Positions 37,721 through 52,500 of a DNA stretch of 64,000 nucleotides are shown piece after piece. Below the pieces are notes generated by a model, which did no database searches, had not been told where the DNA came from, and saw only the letters and a program-made list of their open reading frames with translations. A program made the translations under genes and the position numbers. Every line of letters starts with the position of its first letter. The first letter of the stretch is position 1. This DNA is from Chlorokybus atmophyticus (taxonomy: Eukaryota > Plantae > Mesostigma and Chlorokybus algae), in NCBI GenBank assembly GCA_009103225.1, contig RHPI01002438.1, positions 1 through 64,000 of the forward strand. The letters run 5' to 3'.

Positions 37721-39516
37721 TTATCTGCGCTTGGCTTTATCAACCAAAGGCTGCAGCTGCCTCCTCTCCGCCAGCACCTTTAAGTAGTTGAACACGAATG
37801 GTATGAAGTTGTGCTTCCGCCTCTCGTTCTCCTCCCTCCACCTCCTGAACTTGTGCTCCTCCTGCCTGATGCGCTCTCTCAACTCCTCCACCCTCACTTC
37901 CACATCTCCATCACATTCACCCATCTTCTCATCTCTCTCCCGCAAACACTCGTCCAACTGGCGTTCATACAACTCTTTCCTATTCGCAATCACAGCCATG
38001 AGGTTGAACCTAATCTCACTCGCTGAATACCTATCAATCCTTGTTTGAATCACAGGCGCCGCGCGCGCAAGCCAGTCCTCCTCACTGCACTTCCCAAGCT
38101 TGACTGGTCCCGGTTTCAGCCCGTCCAACTCATACAATTCTCCTTCAACCGGAACATAAGAAATAAAATGAAACGCCTCGGCGTTGTTGGAGTTGTCGTC
38201 GTCGGGGTCATTGTCATACACTATATAAGGTTCGGGGCGAGCGAAGCTGTTATGTGCGGCGCGGATGGCGCCGCTGTTGCTGATGGCCAAACCCTTCATG
38301 TCGGGAGGGAAACCGAAGGTGAAGTCGCGGAGAGAAGAGAGCTCGGGACCGACGTCGAGGCCCTTGGCGTTCAGGAGGATGGAGAGGATAGCTTGTGTTG
38401 CGCAGGCGTTGTTGATGACCTAACAGGTGAGGAGGTCGTGCGACCGCAGCGTGGGTGTATGGATGCGTACGTATGCATGATGTCTGATGGGTGCATGGAG
38501 CGGCACACCCGAGAGAGTGTAGAAGTTGAACTATGGTATAGTGTGTCTGGTGTACACTGTGTGCGTGCGTGCGTGCGTGCGTGCATATACGCGTAAGAGT
38601 GTGTGCGTGTATGTGCGTACGTGCGTGTGTGCGGCAGCATGTGTGTGTGAATCCATACGATTGTGCGCGCGTGTGTGCGTGTACATCTGTGTGATGCACG
38701 TTTACCTGATTTGCAAAGAAGAGGTTGTGTTCCTGGACAACAGGTCTTGAGTCGGTTTCGCCCGCTTGCCACTTGAACAAGAAGATCAGCCCATACACCG
38801 GCCTGCCACAAAGCAACAACACACCATCAACTCCCATGACTCTCGCTACTGCACAACACAATATACGCGCGCGCACGGTTCCGACCCAACCTGAGATGCG
38901 CGAGCGACTCGGGATCGAGCGAGTAGATCTCCTCCACCTGAACGCCCTTCACCCCCATCTCCATGATCAACTCCGTGAAAACGCCTGTGCGCGTTGTGTT
39001 GCCACAGTTGAGCCGCATGCAACAGGAACACGATATACTTACACGAAATGCTGGCTAGCCTTTGTGCAAGAGCGAGTCTACTATCACAAGGCGTACGACT
39101 TAACACATACACATGCACGTGCACACAAGGACGTACAATGCGGACATTCGCAATACGCCCTTGCGCACACAAACGCACATGCTGCCATGTTGATCGTGTA
39201 CATGGACCAAGGAGATGCAACTGTACTTTGAGGGGTTGTTCATGTTCATGACTTCTGCGCCTCCATACATGTTCATCATCGCCACCACCACTTCGCACAT
39301 ATGTTTACCGAACGTCGATATTTGTTTGTTGACAGTCAACAGTAGTGAGTCAAAACACGAACAAGCAACAACAGTTTTCAACACAACCACAGTCGCAGCC
39401 AGAAGCCACTTGTGTCACAAACGTGGTGCTTGTGTTTTGGCATCCCGACTCATGCTATTGCAGCACGGCAGCAATAGCTTTTCACCTGGGTCCGACTCTA
39501 TCGTACACCACGACAT
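37721..39516 (-). CDS. UCHL5: Ubiquitin C-terminal hydrolase UCH37/UCHL5 (peptidase C12); 4 exons
   Basis: [10 protein letters not shown]|GVFTELI..., [12 protein letters not shown]|[13 protein letters not shown] (Cys), FHFISYVP (His), YELDGL (Asp), C-terminal [12 protein letters not shown] tail. Confidence 0.95.
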
Positions 39517-39978
39517 GGCGTCCCGCCTCCTTCTCCTCCTCCTTCTCCTCCGCCCTGCTGCTATGCGTCAACAGCAGCGACGACGACCGCAACCACGACC
39601 GTGGCCCCCTTCCAGAACACAACAACCCAACCAACGCTAATCTGATCTAAACTCCTCCCTAGACGATCTAGCAAGATTCCCTTTCCTTCCCCGTCCACCT
39701 GCTCCTGCTCCTGCTCCTGCTCCTCCGCCACCTGCTCTTCCTACTCTTGCAACTGCTCCTCCTCCTGCTCTAGCCCCGACTCCTCCACCTCTTGTTCCGC
39801 CTCCTGGCCGCCCAGCAGCAGCGCGTCTACTACCGCCTCCATCTCCACCTCCGCCTCCGCCGACAGCTGACAACTACACCAACCGCGCATGCATGCCCAG
39901 ACTGAAAGCCCTGTCGTCGTCGTCGTCGTCGTCGTGGTCATCGTGGTCGTTGGTGTGGTTGTTGTCGTGTCCTCACCT

Positions 39979-42103
39979 ATGGCGGCGCGGCGTGCGGCGG
40001 CGTTGCTGCTGCGACGGAGCGGAGGCGGCGGCGGTGTGGTGTCCTTGCCAGAAAGGAGGTTAGCAGGGGTAGCCACAGCATGCTTTCCTTCCCCATCCCC
40101 GCCGCCAGCAGCAGCAGCTGGGAATGCGCTTAGTAGTGGGCGAAGGCGGCTTCTGCACAGCTGCACGCCGCCGCTGGCACTCAGCGCCGCTGGCAATCTG
40201 CGGAGCGAAGCTGCGGTTGCTTTAGCCGGTGAGTGGCCTGTGCGCATGCAACAGGGTGGTGTGTTTTGATGATGCTGATGATGCTGTTGATGTTGTTCTT
40301 TCCATTTGTTTAAACCTAGCTACACCTGCTGCGTGGGTTTGTGTCGTCTGTTGCTTTCGACACGTGCACACATACAAGCAAGCATAGAGAGTCCAGCAGC
40401 GTCGATGATCCGTAAACCGTGTCTTCATGGCTGCATGCGCGCTTCTTCTTTAGCTGCCCCTGCAAGCAACATGAACGGGCTATTGATATTGACTCAAACA
40501 CAGCGATGACATGCTTCTTCATTTCAATGCTTGAGTGTAAGCCAACTGGGTGGTAGGACTTTGCCGTTCTCTTGTCACTATCTCTTATGGTGTCGTCATG
40601 ACAGAATCACACAAGCACAACATTCACCAGCTTGACTGTTGTTCAGTGAACAGCTGTTGTACAACTTCATGTGGTATATTACAACTTGATCATGTAGTAC
40701 ATCACGGGTTCTCACTACAACTTGGGGTTTTGAGTGCAACTTCTCTCTGTGTTGTGTGTGTGCCACCAAAAAAGGGGACAGCGGCAGGTGCTGCTGGCGT
40801 TGCGGTCATGTACGTGGCGGCTTGACACCCAACAGCCTCTTCTTCTGCGCCGAGTGCGGAGCCATCGCACCCGTCGACGCAAGACCCAATGCGACGCACT
40901 TTAACATTTTCAACATGTACGCGCGCAAGCGTGGTGTCTATGCATGCACATGTCTCGGGATCACTATGTGACTGTGTCCTTGCATAGTTCATAACCTTTG
41001 ATGTGTCGGCAGAGATGAAGGCTTTGATATCGACTTGGGCCAGCTGGACGCCAAGTACAAAGACCTGCAGCGCAAGCTCCACCCCGACAAGTTCTCAGCG
41101 GGCCAGGAGGTGAGGGCATAAAAACCACACGCATGCACACGCACACACACAAACGCGTAAGCGCATCATCTGCCCAATCGATTGTTCATCATGCTGTCTC
41201 ACCGTTGCGTGCGCGTTGGTTGTTGTGTTTGCTCCAGGCGGAGAGGCTGATGTCGGAGGACCAGTCCAGCCGCGTGAACACCGCCTACAGGACGCTGCGA
41301 GACCCGCTACGGCGCGCGCAATACATGGTAGGATTGCATGAACAGCACACAGACACTGCGCGTACAAGCTTACGCGCATGAGGTTGCGTAGACAACGCGT
41401 TTTTAGTAAGACTTGCTGATATGCATACATCAATCAGTCTATGCGGTTGGTGTAGTGCATATGCATTGAAGTTGTGTCGTACTGTGTGCTTTAATGCGTA
41501 CGTGCCTGAGGTTCTTTGATATACCACGAGTTGTACTTTGTATGTGTATGTGTCGTCATGCTTCATGTCTCGTGATGATGATCCAGCTGGAGTTGCGTGG
41601 CGCCAAGTACGGCGAGAACTTCGAGGGCACGATCTCAGACCCCGAGCTGCTTATGGAGGTGAGCTGGCCTGTGCCAATTCGTGCTTGCCTAGTGAGGGCC
41701 GCAAACAAGTTGTGGTGATAGTCTTTTGCTCACTTGTCAGTACAAGCAAGTAGCTCTACAATCTCTTCCACATGACTTGGGTATGACCACGGTGATTGAA
41801 GCTGAAGTGTGGTTTAGGTCATGTCAGCCCGGGAAGAGGTGGAGTCAGCAGACCCCGAAGCTCTAGAAAGGCTTTTGGAAACAGTAAGTCTGACTTCAAA
41901 CATGTGTGCCTCCACTCGTTTGCATACATGCTGGCGTTTGTGCTGATTCGTGTTCCTTCTAACAGAACGACAGCAAGATCTCCGCCACCACCGCGTCCAT
42001 ATCGCGAGCATTTGCGCAAGGCGATGTGGACGCGGCCGCGGAGCAGACGTTACGGTTGACTTACTATGTGAGCATACGGGACGAGATCGTGAGGAGGTTG
42101 TGA
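39979..42103 (+). CDS. HSCB: HscB/HSC20 Fe-S cluster J-domain co-chaperone with organellar presequence
   Basis: Arg/Ala-rich presequence, CWRC...CAEC metal motif, J-domain KDLQRKLHPDKF, SSRVNTAYRTLRDPLRRAQY, and C-terminal DPELLME...RLTYY. Confidence 0.93.
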
Positions 42104-42591
42104 TTGTTGACGTATGGTTATGATGGAAAGCACGCGTGTTGCGTAGACTAGGGTTAGTTGACGGTTGTGGTTTGGAGTTCTCTCTCTCTCTGCCGAATTC
42201 GCTCAGAACGCGTTGATGACATTGAAACTGTGAGGGCATGCGGCTTGCGCACGAGTCTGTTGTGCACGTGTCTGTGCAAGTGTGTGAAATCACGTGTACA
42301 TTCATTTCCCGCGCCAGTTGTGTGTATTGCCTACGACGGTTAGCTCGCAATGTAAAGTGCGCGTGTTGGGCATGCCACTAACATTAGTTGCACCATGTGT
42401 GCTTCCAAACCAGCTCCAACAATACATTGATCATGATGGCAGACACGCATGCTGCCAGTGCGGATGCAAATTATTTAGCACTCGGGACACAGCTTGCACA
42501 CGCACACGCACACGCACATACCGACGATGTCCACACATCGATATGAATATGGTGTTGCTAGCTCACACATTGCGCCCACGCGTGTCAATCA

Positions 42592-44810
<2,219 letters not shown>

Positions 44811-44927
44811 ACTGACTGAAACCCAATTACTGCAAGAGATTTCTCCTCTCCTCTTCCACCTACTACTCCGCCGCCGCCGCCGCCGCCGCCGCCACTCACA
44901 GCATTACGCCCCAACACGCCAGAAGTC

Positions 44928-45090
44928 GCCACGTGGCCTGCGTCAGCACGTGAGCGTATAATACGCTGCGTATCGCAAACACGCGATAGCGTAACCTCTC
45001 GCTCCGAGTGTATTTCAACATCTGGTAAGTCAATCTGTATTTGAGTTTGGCTTCTGTTTGAGCGCAAGCGATCCGGATCGCAAACCCTAA
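44928..45090. promoter_or_regulatory. Putative bidirectional promoter (MORN3-like/EMC2) with two G-box cores and short palindromes
   Basis: GCCACGTGGC (44928-44937), CACGTG (44947-44952), AGCGTAT-A-ATACGCT, GCGATCCGGATCGC (45068-45081) and AAACCCTAA (45082-45090), all between the two divergent ATGs. Confidence 0.35.
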
Positions 45091-45121
45091 GTCGTTAGCC
45101 TTGTCGCCAGGCGCATTGTCC

Positions 45122-47103
45122 ATGTCGCCGGCGTCGTCCATGATGGCGGCCATGGCCTTGGAGGGAGCTGCGGGGGGTGCGGCGACGGACGAGTTGGATA
45201 GGTTGGAATCCCAGTTCGTCGAGGGGGATTTCGCTGGCGGAGGAGCGGCTAGCAGCCCCGAATGGCAGGCGCAGTGCAGGTACCTGGAGCTGGTGCGGCA
45301 GCGGCGGCTGCGACGCAGCGAGAACGTCGCACGGGTCGGCGCTGCGTTGCTCAAAGCGCCTGGAGCGGCCAAACGACTTGGGGACAAAGGTGTTGAATGG
45401 TGGATGCTGTGCATGCAATGGTGATCACGTCCGTATAACGTGTGCAGCGGTGATGATGCTGCGCAATGCACCATGTGGCTTGCTCGCGGAGTCGTATTTT
45501 TCGGTTTTTGTGTATGCTTGTGCTGCTAACACGCATGCATGTGCTGTCGTTCCAGCTTGGACGCTTATAGAACAAGTGTGCCTCGCCGCCATTGACGTCC
45601 ATGATATGGATCTAGCAAAGGTGAGCGTGCTTACGATGGCCTTGAGACGAAAAGCAGGTTCAAATGCGTTCTCAGGCATTGTTGGTAGCTGTATTATCTC
45701 AGTCCAGCTCGTTGCATGACTGTCAATGCAGCATGTTTCTCCTACCCATTGCCAACTTTGTGGTTGCTCTTGTGTGGCGTAACGCGCTGACAAGTATTGC
45801 AAACGTCAGGACGCTCTTGAAGGGCTCGAGAGCAAGTTCTCTGAGGAAAGCAGGCGGGTTGGTGCGTGGTTCTGTCATAGCTGTGCTTGCATGTGGCCTT
45901 CCCTGTTGGTTTCAAGCTTGCCAGTGCCATTGTTCAATGCCACTGGCACTGCAGGCCCGCTCTGTTCATTGTATATAAGTCATACACAGAGTGTCCATGA
46001 CTGTGCAAAAATGTAGCCCTCAACCTGTGCAGCAAGACTTCGTGCCATGTACGTGGAAGCTACTGGTGATTTGGAGGAGGCCAACAGGATCTATGACGAG
46101 ATGCTGGAAGAGAACCCAGTTGATCAGGTATACCACGCTTGCTCACTTGTCTGTCGCAGATGAGTGTGGGCCAGCTCACGGCATACGATGCGCTCACACT
46201 TTAGCTCTCTCACTGCTGCACTATGCAAGGTGTTTTGAATGGGTTTGCTCTCAAACATGTCCATTTTGCCTAGCACGTCTTGAAGCGGAAAGTGGCTATG
46301 GCCAAGTCGCACGGGCCGCCCGCAGTAGCTGTGGATGCAGTTCTCAAGTACTTGGACGTGTAAGTGCTCAGCATAAGGGCAATGCGTGACGTGACGATTA
46401 ATGGTTGTTGCTTTGCAAAACTTGGGACTTGACTGGTTGCACTGCGCAGGTACAGCACCGACATTGATGGCTGGAGGGAGTTGGCAGACATGTACACAAA
46501 TTTACAGATGTAAGGGCCGGTGTGGTTATTGTCAGGTGGCCATGCAACTGGCATTCATATGATTTAGTTTCACACAACACAGGTACAAGCAAGCTGCCTT
46601 TTGTTATGAGGAATTGATGCTTCACCTTCCACAGCATTGGGCTTTTCATCGGAAATACGCAGAGGTATGTAAGATGCGATGTATGGCAAGCCAGGCACGT
46701 GCATGTGGCCTGGGGTTGGTGTTGATGTATTGCATGCAGGTCCTTTACACGTGGGGTGGTGTTGAAAACTTTAGACTGGCACGCAAGTACTATGCCTCTG
46801 CTGTAGAGCTCAGCAGCGGAACCGACATCCGGGCCCTGTATGGCTTGACGCTGGTATACTTTCTTGCTGGCATTGTACAGTTTACTTGGTATTGTCAATC
46901 ATTGTCATTCAGCAGCTGACACACATCCATTGGCATTGCAGACTGCCTCGCAATTGGCAAGTATCAAGGGCGCTAAGCCGGGGGAAGAAAATGCAGAGCT
47001 TCAAAGGTTGTCGTCTTCAGCGTTGGTGAAACTGTATAAGTTTCGGGCGCCTAGTAAAGAGCAGCTAGTATCTACTGTGTTGAACCTGCAGGCTAAGCGA
47101 TAA
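45122..47103 (+). CDS. EMC2: ER membrane protein complex subunit 2 (TPR protein)
   Basis: WTLIEQVCLAAID, AMYVEATGDLEEANRIYDEMLEENP, KRKVAMAK, WRELADMY, YKQAAFCYEELML, ARKYYASAVELS...RALYGL. Confidence 0.93.
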
Positions 47104-47423
47104 CGCACAGTATGTCTGTACAGATAGGTGCCTGTATCTACGTATGTTTGTCCACTGTCACTTTCGCAGCAAACACAGACTATGTCATGCGCTTGCCAGC
47201 AGCGGTGCACTACGCAGACAACTATCAAAGTATGTCCACCTACCCCTGCCATCTTCCGGCCTGCGCCCACGGCCGCGTTGGCGAGTAATAGTGGCGTAGG
47301 TAGCGTAGCCCAGTCGTGGGTTATGTATCATATAATGTTGCATGTTGTGCATGTTCTTGTCAATGACACCCCGTGCATGCGGCATATGTAGCATACTATC
47401 GCTTGTACACACATATGCATGCA

Positions 47424-47524
47424 TGCATGTCTAACGGGGAGGTCTAGGCTAGTATAGTGTTCAAGAAATGTGGGACATGTTGTGTTGCAGTAGGAACAAG
47501 CAGTAGTAGATAATAGCCCGGTGG
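47424..47524 (+). repeat. Additional copy of the MITE-like terminus seen at 13282
   Basis: TGCATGTCTAACGGGG followed about 75 bp later by TAGCCCGGTGG. Confidence 0.55.
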
Positions 47525-48062
47525 TGATGTGTATGAGCATGCTTGCATGTGTTTGGAGTATGTGCTTATGTGCGCAATGCATGCCTACAACTGCCTCGTG
47601 CATATCCTGCACATGCACGTACTTGTGGGTCAGGTTTTGAACTTGGGGGCTACAACCCCCGTCTAAACTTGTAAGCATTGCCTTGCCCACTGTGCATAGC
47701 CAACTGCATGTTGCCTATTCAATCTATGCATCATCCTATACTGTATGCGTTGCACTGAGGGCTAGTCTCTGATTTGCACATGCAGGAGTGTATGGCACAA
47801 ACTGCAAAGTGCACCACTGCTTGCATCACACATGAAGTGCTCTCAGTCATTCACTTCAGGCCCAATGTAGCTTGGCTGGGTTGGTTGTCAACACGCATGC
47901 CCACTCGCCACAATTACGACAGCCGCCAGAAGTCCGTCACAGTAATGTACACCTTGTGCTGGCATCCCATGCGCACCACAGAGGGTAGGTACATATCATA
48001 GCATACCGCAGATAGATACGCAGGCTGGCGTGCAATACTTGGACAGCATCCCACCCTTATCC

Positions 48063-49083
48063 TTAGTGTTCTTCCGCTCTGTGCTTGTGTACAGCCGCCT
48101 GCGGCCTTCGTCTGTCCTCGGCGTTCTCCTTCCACACGCTGCCGTCCTCGTAGAACTCCTTCTTCCAGACGGGCACAGTGGCCTTGAGCTCGTCGATGGC
48201 GAAACGCGCCGCCTCGAGGGCGTCCGCGCGGTGGGCCGAAGACACCGCGATCAAGACGCTCGACTCGCCAATGGCCACAGGCCCCGTACGGTGAGACATG
48301 GCGATCTTCACAAGACCGCTCCACTTGGACCTCATCTGCCGGCACTCACGCGTTTGTATGCATTTACGTGTCATCAGTGCATGCGTCAACAGCGAGAGTG
48401 TCATCATGAATACTGGAGCAAGCACTATTCACACCAACATCAACTTGTGCTTTGTGTTCAAGATGGTGACAGTGGTGCTTGTTCCATTGCTGATAATGCA
48501 GGGCATGCCTGCCCAAGTTGCCATGCGTGAGACAAGGCAGAAAGCAAAGTGTACTAGTGTTTCAAATTCACCACAGAATAGCGATGGAAACAAGACATCG
48601 TTGCGTCAAGACTGCGGTCCAGTGGGCGTGCATGTGGTTCTTTTCAATGTGTGCTACAGCGCCGCCAAGTATAGCACACATTACAGCAACTGCCATTGTA
48701 CTCAGGTGATGAATCTCAGTACATCCACGTTTACCTGTTGGCATATCTCGATCATCTTCCTGGCGGCCATGGGTGCGTACGCCTCATACTCCAGGCGCAG
48801 CACCCGCTTGCCCTCAAAGGTGTCTCTGGTCGTACCTAACTCGTCATCACCAATCAACAAACAGTCCAAACCCCTCTGCTCATTCTCATGCATGCATGAT
48901 GAGGATCAGAAACAGCAAGTTGTGTCTCTCCGTCATGTGCTTGCATGCCGCTGGCTCACACCTGCCTGTGAAGGTGGCGACGGCTCCGGCGGTGGGGTCC
49001 TGCACCCTTGCAACGGCGGCGTCCAGAGACAAGGGCGCCACCGTCACCACCGCGCTGTCAGCGCCGTCCCACACCTCCGCCAT
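48063..49083 (-). CDS. MOCS2: Molybdopterin synthase catalytic (large) subunit (MoaE/MOCS2B/CNX6); 3 exons
   Basis: AGAVATFT|GTTRDTFEGKRVLRLEYEAYAPMA, HRTGPVAIGESSVLIAVSSAHRADALEAARFAIDELKATVPVWKKEFYEDGSVWKEN. Confidence 0.95.
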
Positions 49084-49193
49084 GGTCCCCGGTCTGGCCT
49101 GGTCGTCTACGCGCACTTTGTCGCAATCTTTGCGCTCAACCTGTCTATAAGCAAAGGATAGAGGCTTAGTAAAAACCGGCATTATCATCAATT

Positions 49194-49267
49194 GCTCTGG
49201 TAGCTCAGTTGGTTAGAGCGTACGGCTGTTAACCGTAAGGTCGCAGGTTCGATCCCTGCTCGGAGCG
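49194..49267 (+). tRNA. tRNA-Asn (GTT)
   Basis: Complete cloverleaf: acceptor GCTCTGG/TCGGAGC, D arm GCTC/GAGC, anticodon arm TACGG-CTGTTAA-CCGTA, T arm GCAGG-TTCGATC-CCTGC. Confidence 0.97.
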
Positions 49268-49272
49268 TTTTT
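49268..49272 (+). terminator. RNA polymerase III terminator (T5)
   Basis: TTTTT immediately after the tRNA discriminator base. Confidence 0.85.
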
Positions 49273-49504
49273 ACACCACATCAGTGCTGAGTTTCAATTC
49301 GAAAGGCTGCCCTCCATGACAAAGGCAAGAAGCAACTGTTCCCTCCATATGACAACGACGACGACGACGTTGTGGGCGTCACCGCCACCCGTGCGGGACG
49401 GAGTGTGTTGCCTCATTGGGCCTCACATGCTTAGAGGCGTCGGGAAGGTGTTAACGCCATGGGGTTGGATGGAGGCCCGCTCCCCTATGCCTACGCGTCG
49501 ACAA

Positions 49505-49536
49505 TAAGGTCGCAGGTTCGATCCCTACTCGGAGCG
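49505..49536 (+). pseudogene. 3' half of tRNA-Asn (variable loop, T arm, acceptor 3' strand) with intact box B and T5
   Basis: TAAGGTCGCAGGTTCGATCCCTACTCGGAGCG; one G>A change versus the intact gene. Confidence 0.85.
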
Positions 49537-52500
49537 TTTTTACACCACACCAGTGCTGAGTTTCAATTCGAAAGGCTCGAAAGGCTACCCTCCATGACAA
49601 AGGCAAGAAGCAACTGTTCCCTCCATATGACAACGACGACGACGACGTTGTGGGCGTCACCGCCACCCGTGCGGGACGGAGTGTGTTGCCTCATTGGGCC
49701 TCACATGCTTAAAGGCGTCGGGAAGGTGTTAACGCCATGGGGTTGAAGGAGGCCTGCTCCCCTATAGCTACGCGTCGCGCAGGAGCAGCCGTCGCCCTCT
49801 TTGACAATGAGTGCGTTCGAGGCCGAGCACATACTGCGCCGGTGGTGGCCTTCCAGCAACGAAGACGATGACGCTGTGGGCGTCACCGCCAAGAGCAAGC
49901 TCACCTGTAACGGAGTGCTACCTCTATAGAAGTTCCCCGCCCTTATTCAAGATTAAATAAGGGTCATAATGGGTATATACAGCCAATTAAGCCATATTAA
50001 GGTTATTAACCTAGTGTTAAGGCTTAATGTAATGTTACTTATCTGTAACACTGGTGTCGTAACGAGACTCATGTCTCTGTCGATAACAGCTGTATGGCGG
50101 CACTGCTAACGCAGCGGCTGTCATGGCCAAGGGAGTATCTGCTCCGCCTGTGGCCCCTAACGGCGGCGGTGTCGGCGACGTGGCTAGTGGTGGTGGGGGG
50201 GTAGGGGATTAAAGGGGGCGGTAGCACCCCTCCTTACATAAGTATTGGAGCAAGGTGACCAAGGCTCTATGGGAGGCCAGGCGGCGACGGCGGCGAAGGG
50301 TAGGCGGCAGGCGGCAATGCCGGTAGGCGGCAGCGACGGCGGCAACGGCGGCGGCTACTAGCTAGGGAGGGTAGCGGCTGTTGTTAGTTGTTGTTGTTGT
50401 ATAGCTGTATACCTGTGCTGTTACCTAACCCTGCATGCCATGCCATGCCTACCCTAGCCTAGCCTAGCCTAGCCTGCCAGGTCTAGTCTAGTTTATGATT
50501 GTGTAAAGGGAGGCGGCCATTCATGCCCCTCTCTGAACCACTGCATCCAAGCACACAACATAGCAATTTTATAGTGATTATAATAGCCTCATGTGCTTAC
50601 CAGAAGAAGACAACATATATCTCCCCTTCAGCACAACTGTGTATGGAGGAGGTCAGGAGTGCCTACGGCGTCCACACAAACTAGCTCAACCCAGGACAGC
50701 CTACGAGAATGCATGTTGTCCATGCTAGAGCGTGCATCTATAGCAACGTAGGAAAAAGAGAAGATAAGCGCATCTGAGCTAAGTGCGGACTACACTGAAT
50801 ATACGTATGAAGAGCAACTTCAGATTAAGCAATAGAGCCACCAAGACCAAGTGGAGAGACGGAGGCAGCATAGACGGGCCAGACACCACCTTAGCTGTGG
50901 GGGAGGGGCCAGGAAATGAGGCCCCTGACGATGCAATGGGTGTGGGGTTGCCCGCCAAGGGGTGGTGGGGATCCAGCTCCTTAGCTTGCGGGCCCCAGAG
51001 ATAAACCTCCGAGGGGAGGGTGGGAGCGAGAGGGGAGTGAGAACCGCCTCGCCCATCCACCCATCCTCCATGTTGCCAATGAAAAGGTCAGGCTAGCGAG
51101 CGCGCTGGGCAAGCTCGTGGCTGCAAGATCAAGCCACCACGAAGATCCCCCCGACTACCCGATCGATGATGAGGCCGGTCGAGACGGGGGGAAGAGGTTG
51201 AATGCAGCTGACAATTGCGAAGAGGCTCTGGCCAGGCCGACCAGGCAGCCTGGGAAGCAAGCAATCGGCCGTTGACCAACAAAAGTCTGATCAACGGCAT
51301 CGCTACAAAGTTTGGCTGAGATACAGCCAGGCGAAGCGGGAGAGGGGCCCCGCGGGGTGGGCGTCACCCACACCCCGTGGGGAGAACAACCACACCTATA
51401 TCGCCACCAAAGTATACACAATAGCGTCGCCGCCGCCCTGAGACAAAAAAAATATAAAATACCATATGTCACAGTGTCGCAAAAAGCCTATTAGCTACCG
51501 TCAAATTGCATACAACGCATTACATCAGTATGTTTGGTTCGCGCGAGAGCAAAGTCGCAAGAGCCAGTGTGGAAAGTGTATGCAAACTTTCGTACAGCAT
51601 TGCATGCTTTGCTATCACGTTGTGCATCCCATTAAATTGCACCTGCAAGAGGCATTATGTGGGGATGTTCTGTTTTATTTAAGCGATGGTTCCATCACTT
51701 TAACGCAATAATGTTTGAAAGTGTTACGCGTGCAACCCAAGGGGCAAAAACAATGCACAGATTTGCTTGAACGGTCAATTGTGGACGTATGCATATATGA
51801 TTTGTTGTACGAGTTTTAATGTCGCTTTGCCGCCGGACGATTCCAAGTCTAACATGCTTGCTCATGTTAAGACAAATGTAGTGCGAGATGATTCAATTGG
51901 AATTGAGTAGCTGTCTGCTAATGGTCGTACATAATGCACTGCACCACTGATTGCTGCACAAGTCATGCTATGGTGCATGGGCATGGAAGAGCGCCGCAAC
52001 ATTGAGGCGCTCAGATGGTTCAATATGTCAGCTCATCCATTCGCGGTATAACCCCATAGCTGATATACGCCATCTGTGCTTTTATAACAATGTGTAAATA
52101 AATAATGTTAATAGTGCTACCATGCATACACCTTTGCAACGTCTTGTAACTCAACTCACAAATGCTGCCATTAATAGCGTTTTTTTGCTAACAAGACCAG
52201 CGCAATGCAATCACGCAATGTATGGTCATTACCAATATCTTGAAGCAATCCAAGATACTTTCACATATAAGATTACAATCCATTTCTCAATCCGGGCGAT
52301 GTAATGATTTGTGTCAAGTGTGCCCGGCAATCACTGCAATGCACACGTACTTTAGATAGTTTTTTAAACGAAGACCTGTTGTCAGAGACCTTAAAAAAAC
52401 AAGTTAAAGATTTGAATACTTTGCACGATCTAATAATTAGCTGATGCTAAGAAAATACTCGCAAAGAATTTTAGCTGCAAAAAGGCGCCCCATTCGCTTT

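Larger units (their letters stand above)
49236..49777 (+). repeat. Tandem duplication (about 265-273 bp x2) starting inside the tRNA
   Basis: 49236-49500 repeated at 49505-49777 with few differences. Confidence 0.92.

Noticed and set aside
49236-49536. attL/attR-type integration at the tRNA 3' end
   Set aside because: The duplication includes about 230 bp of downstream flank and no tyrosine recombinase is visible; simple tandem duplication explains it.
49360-49905. CRISPR-like array
   Set aside because: Units are long tandem duplications without unique spacers, the sequence is eukaryotic, and no cas genes are present.
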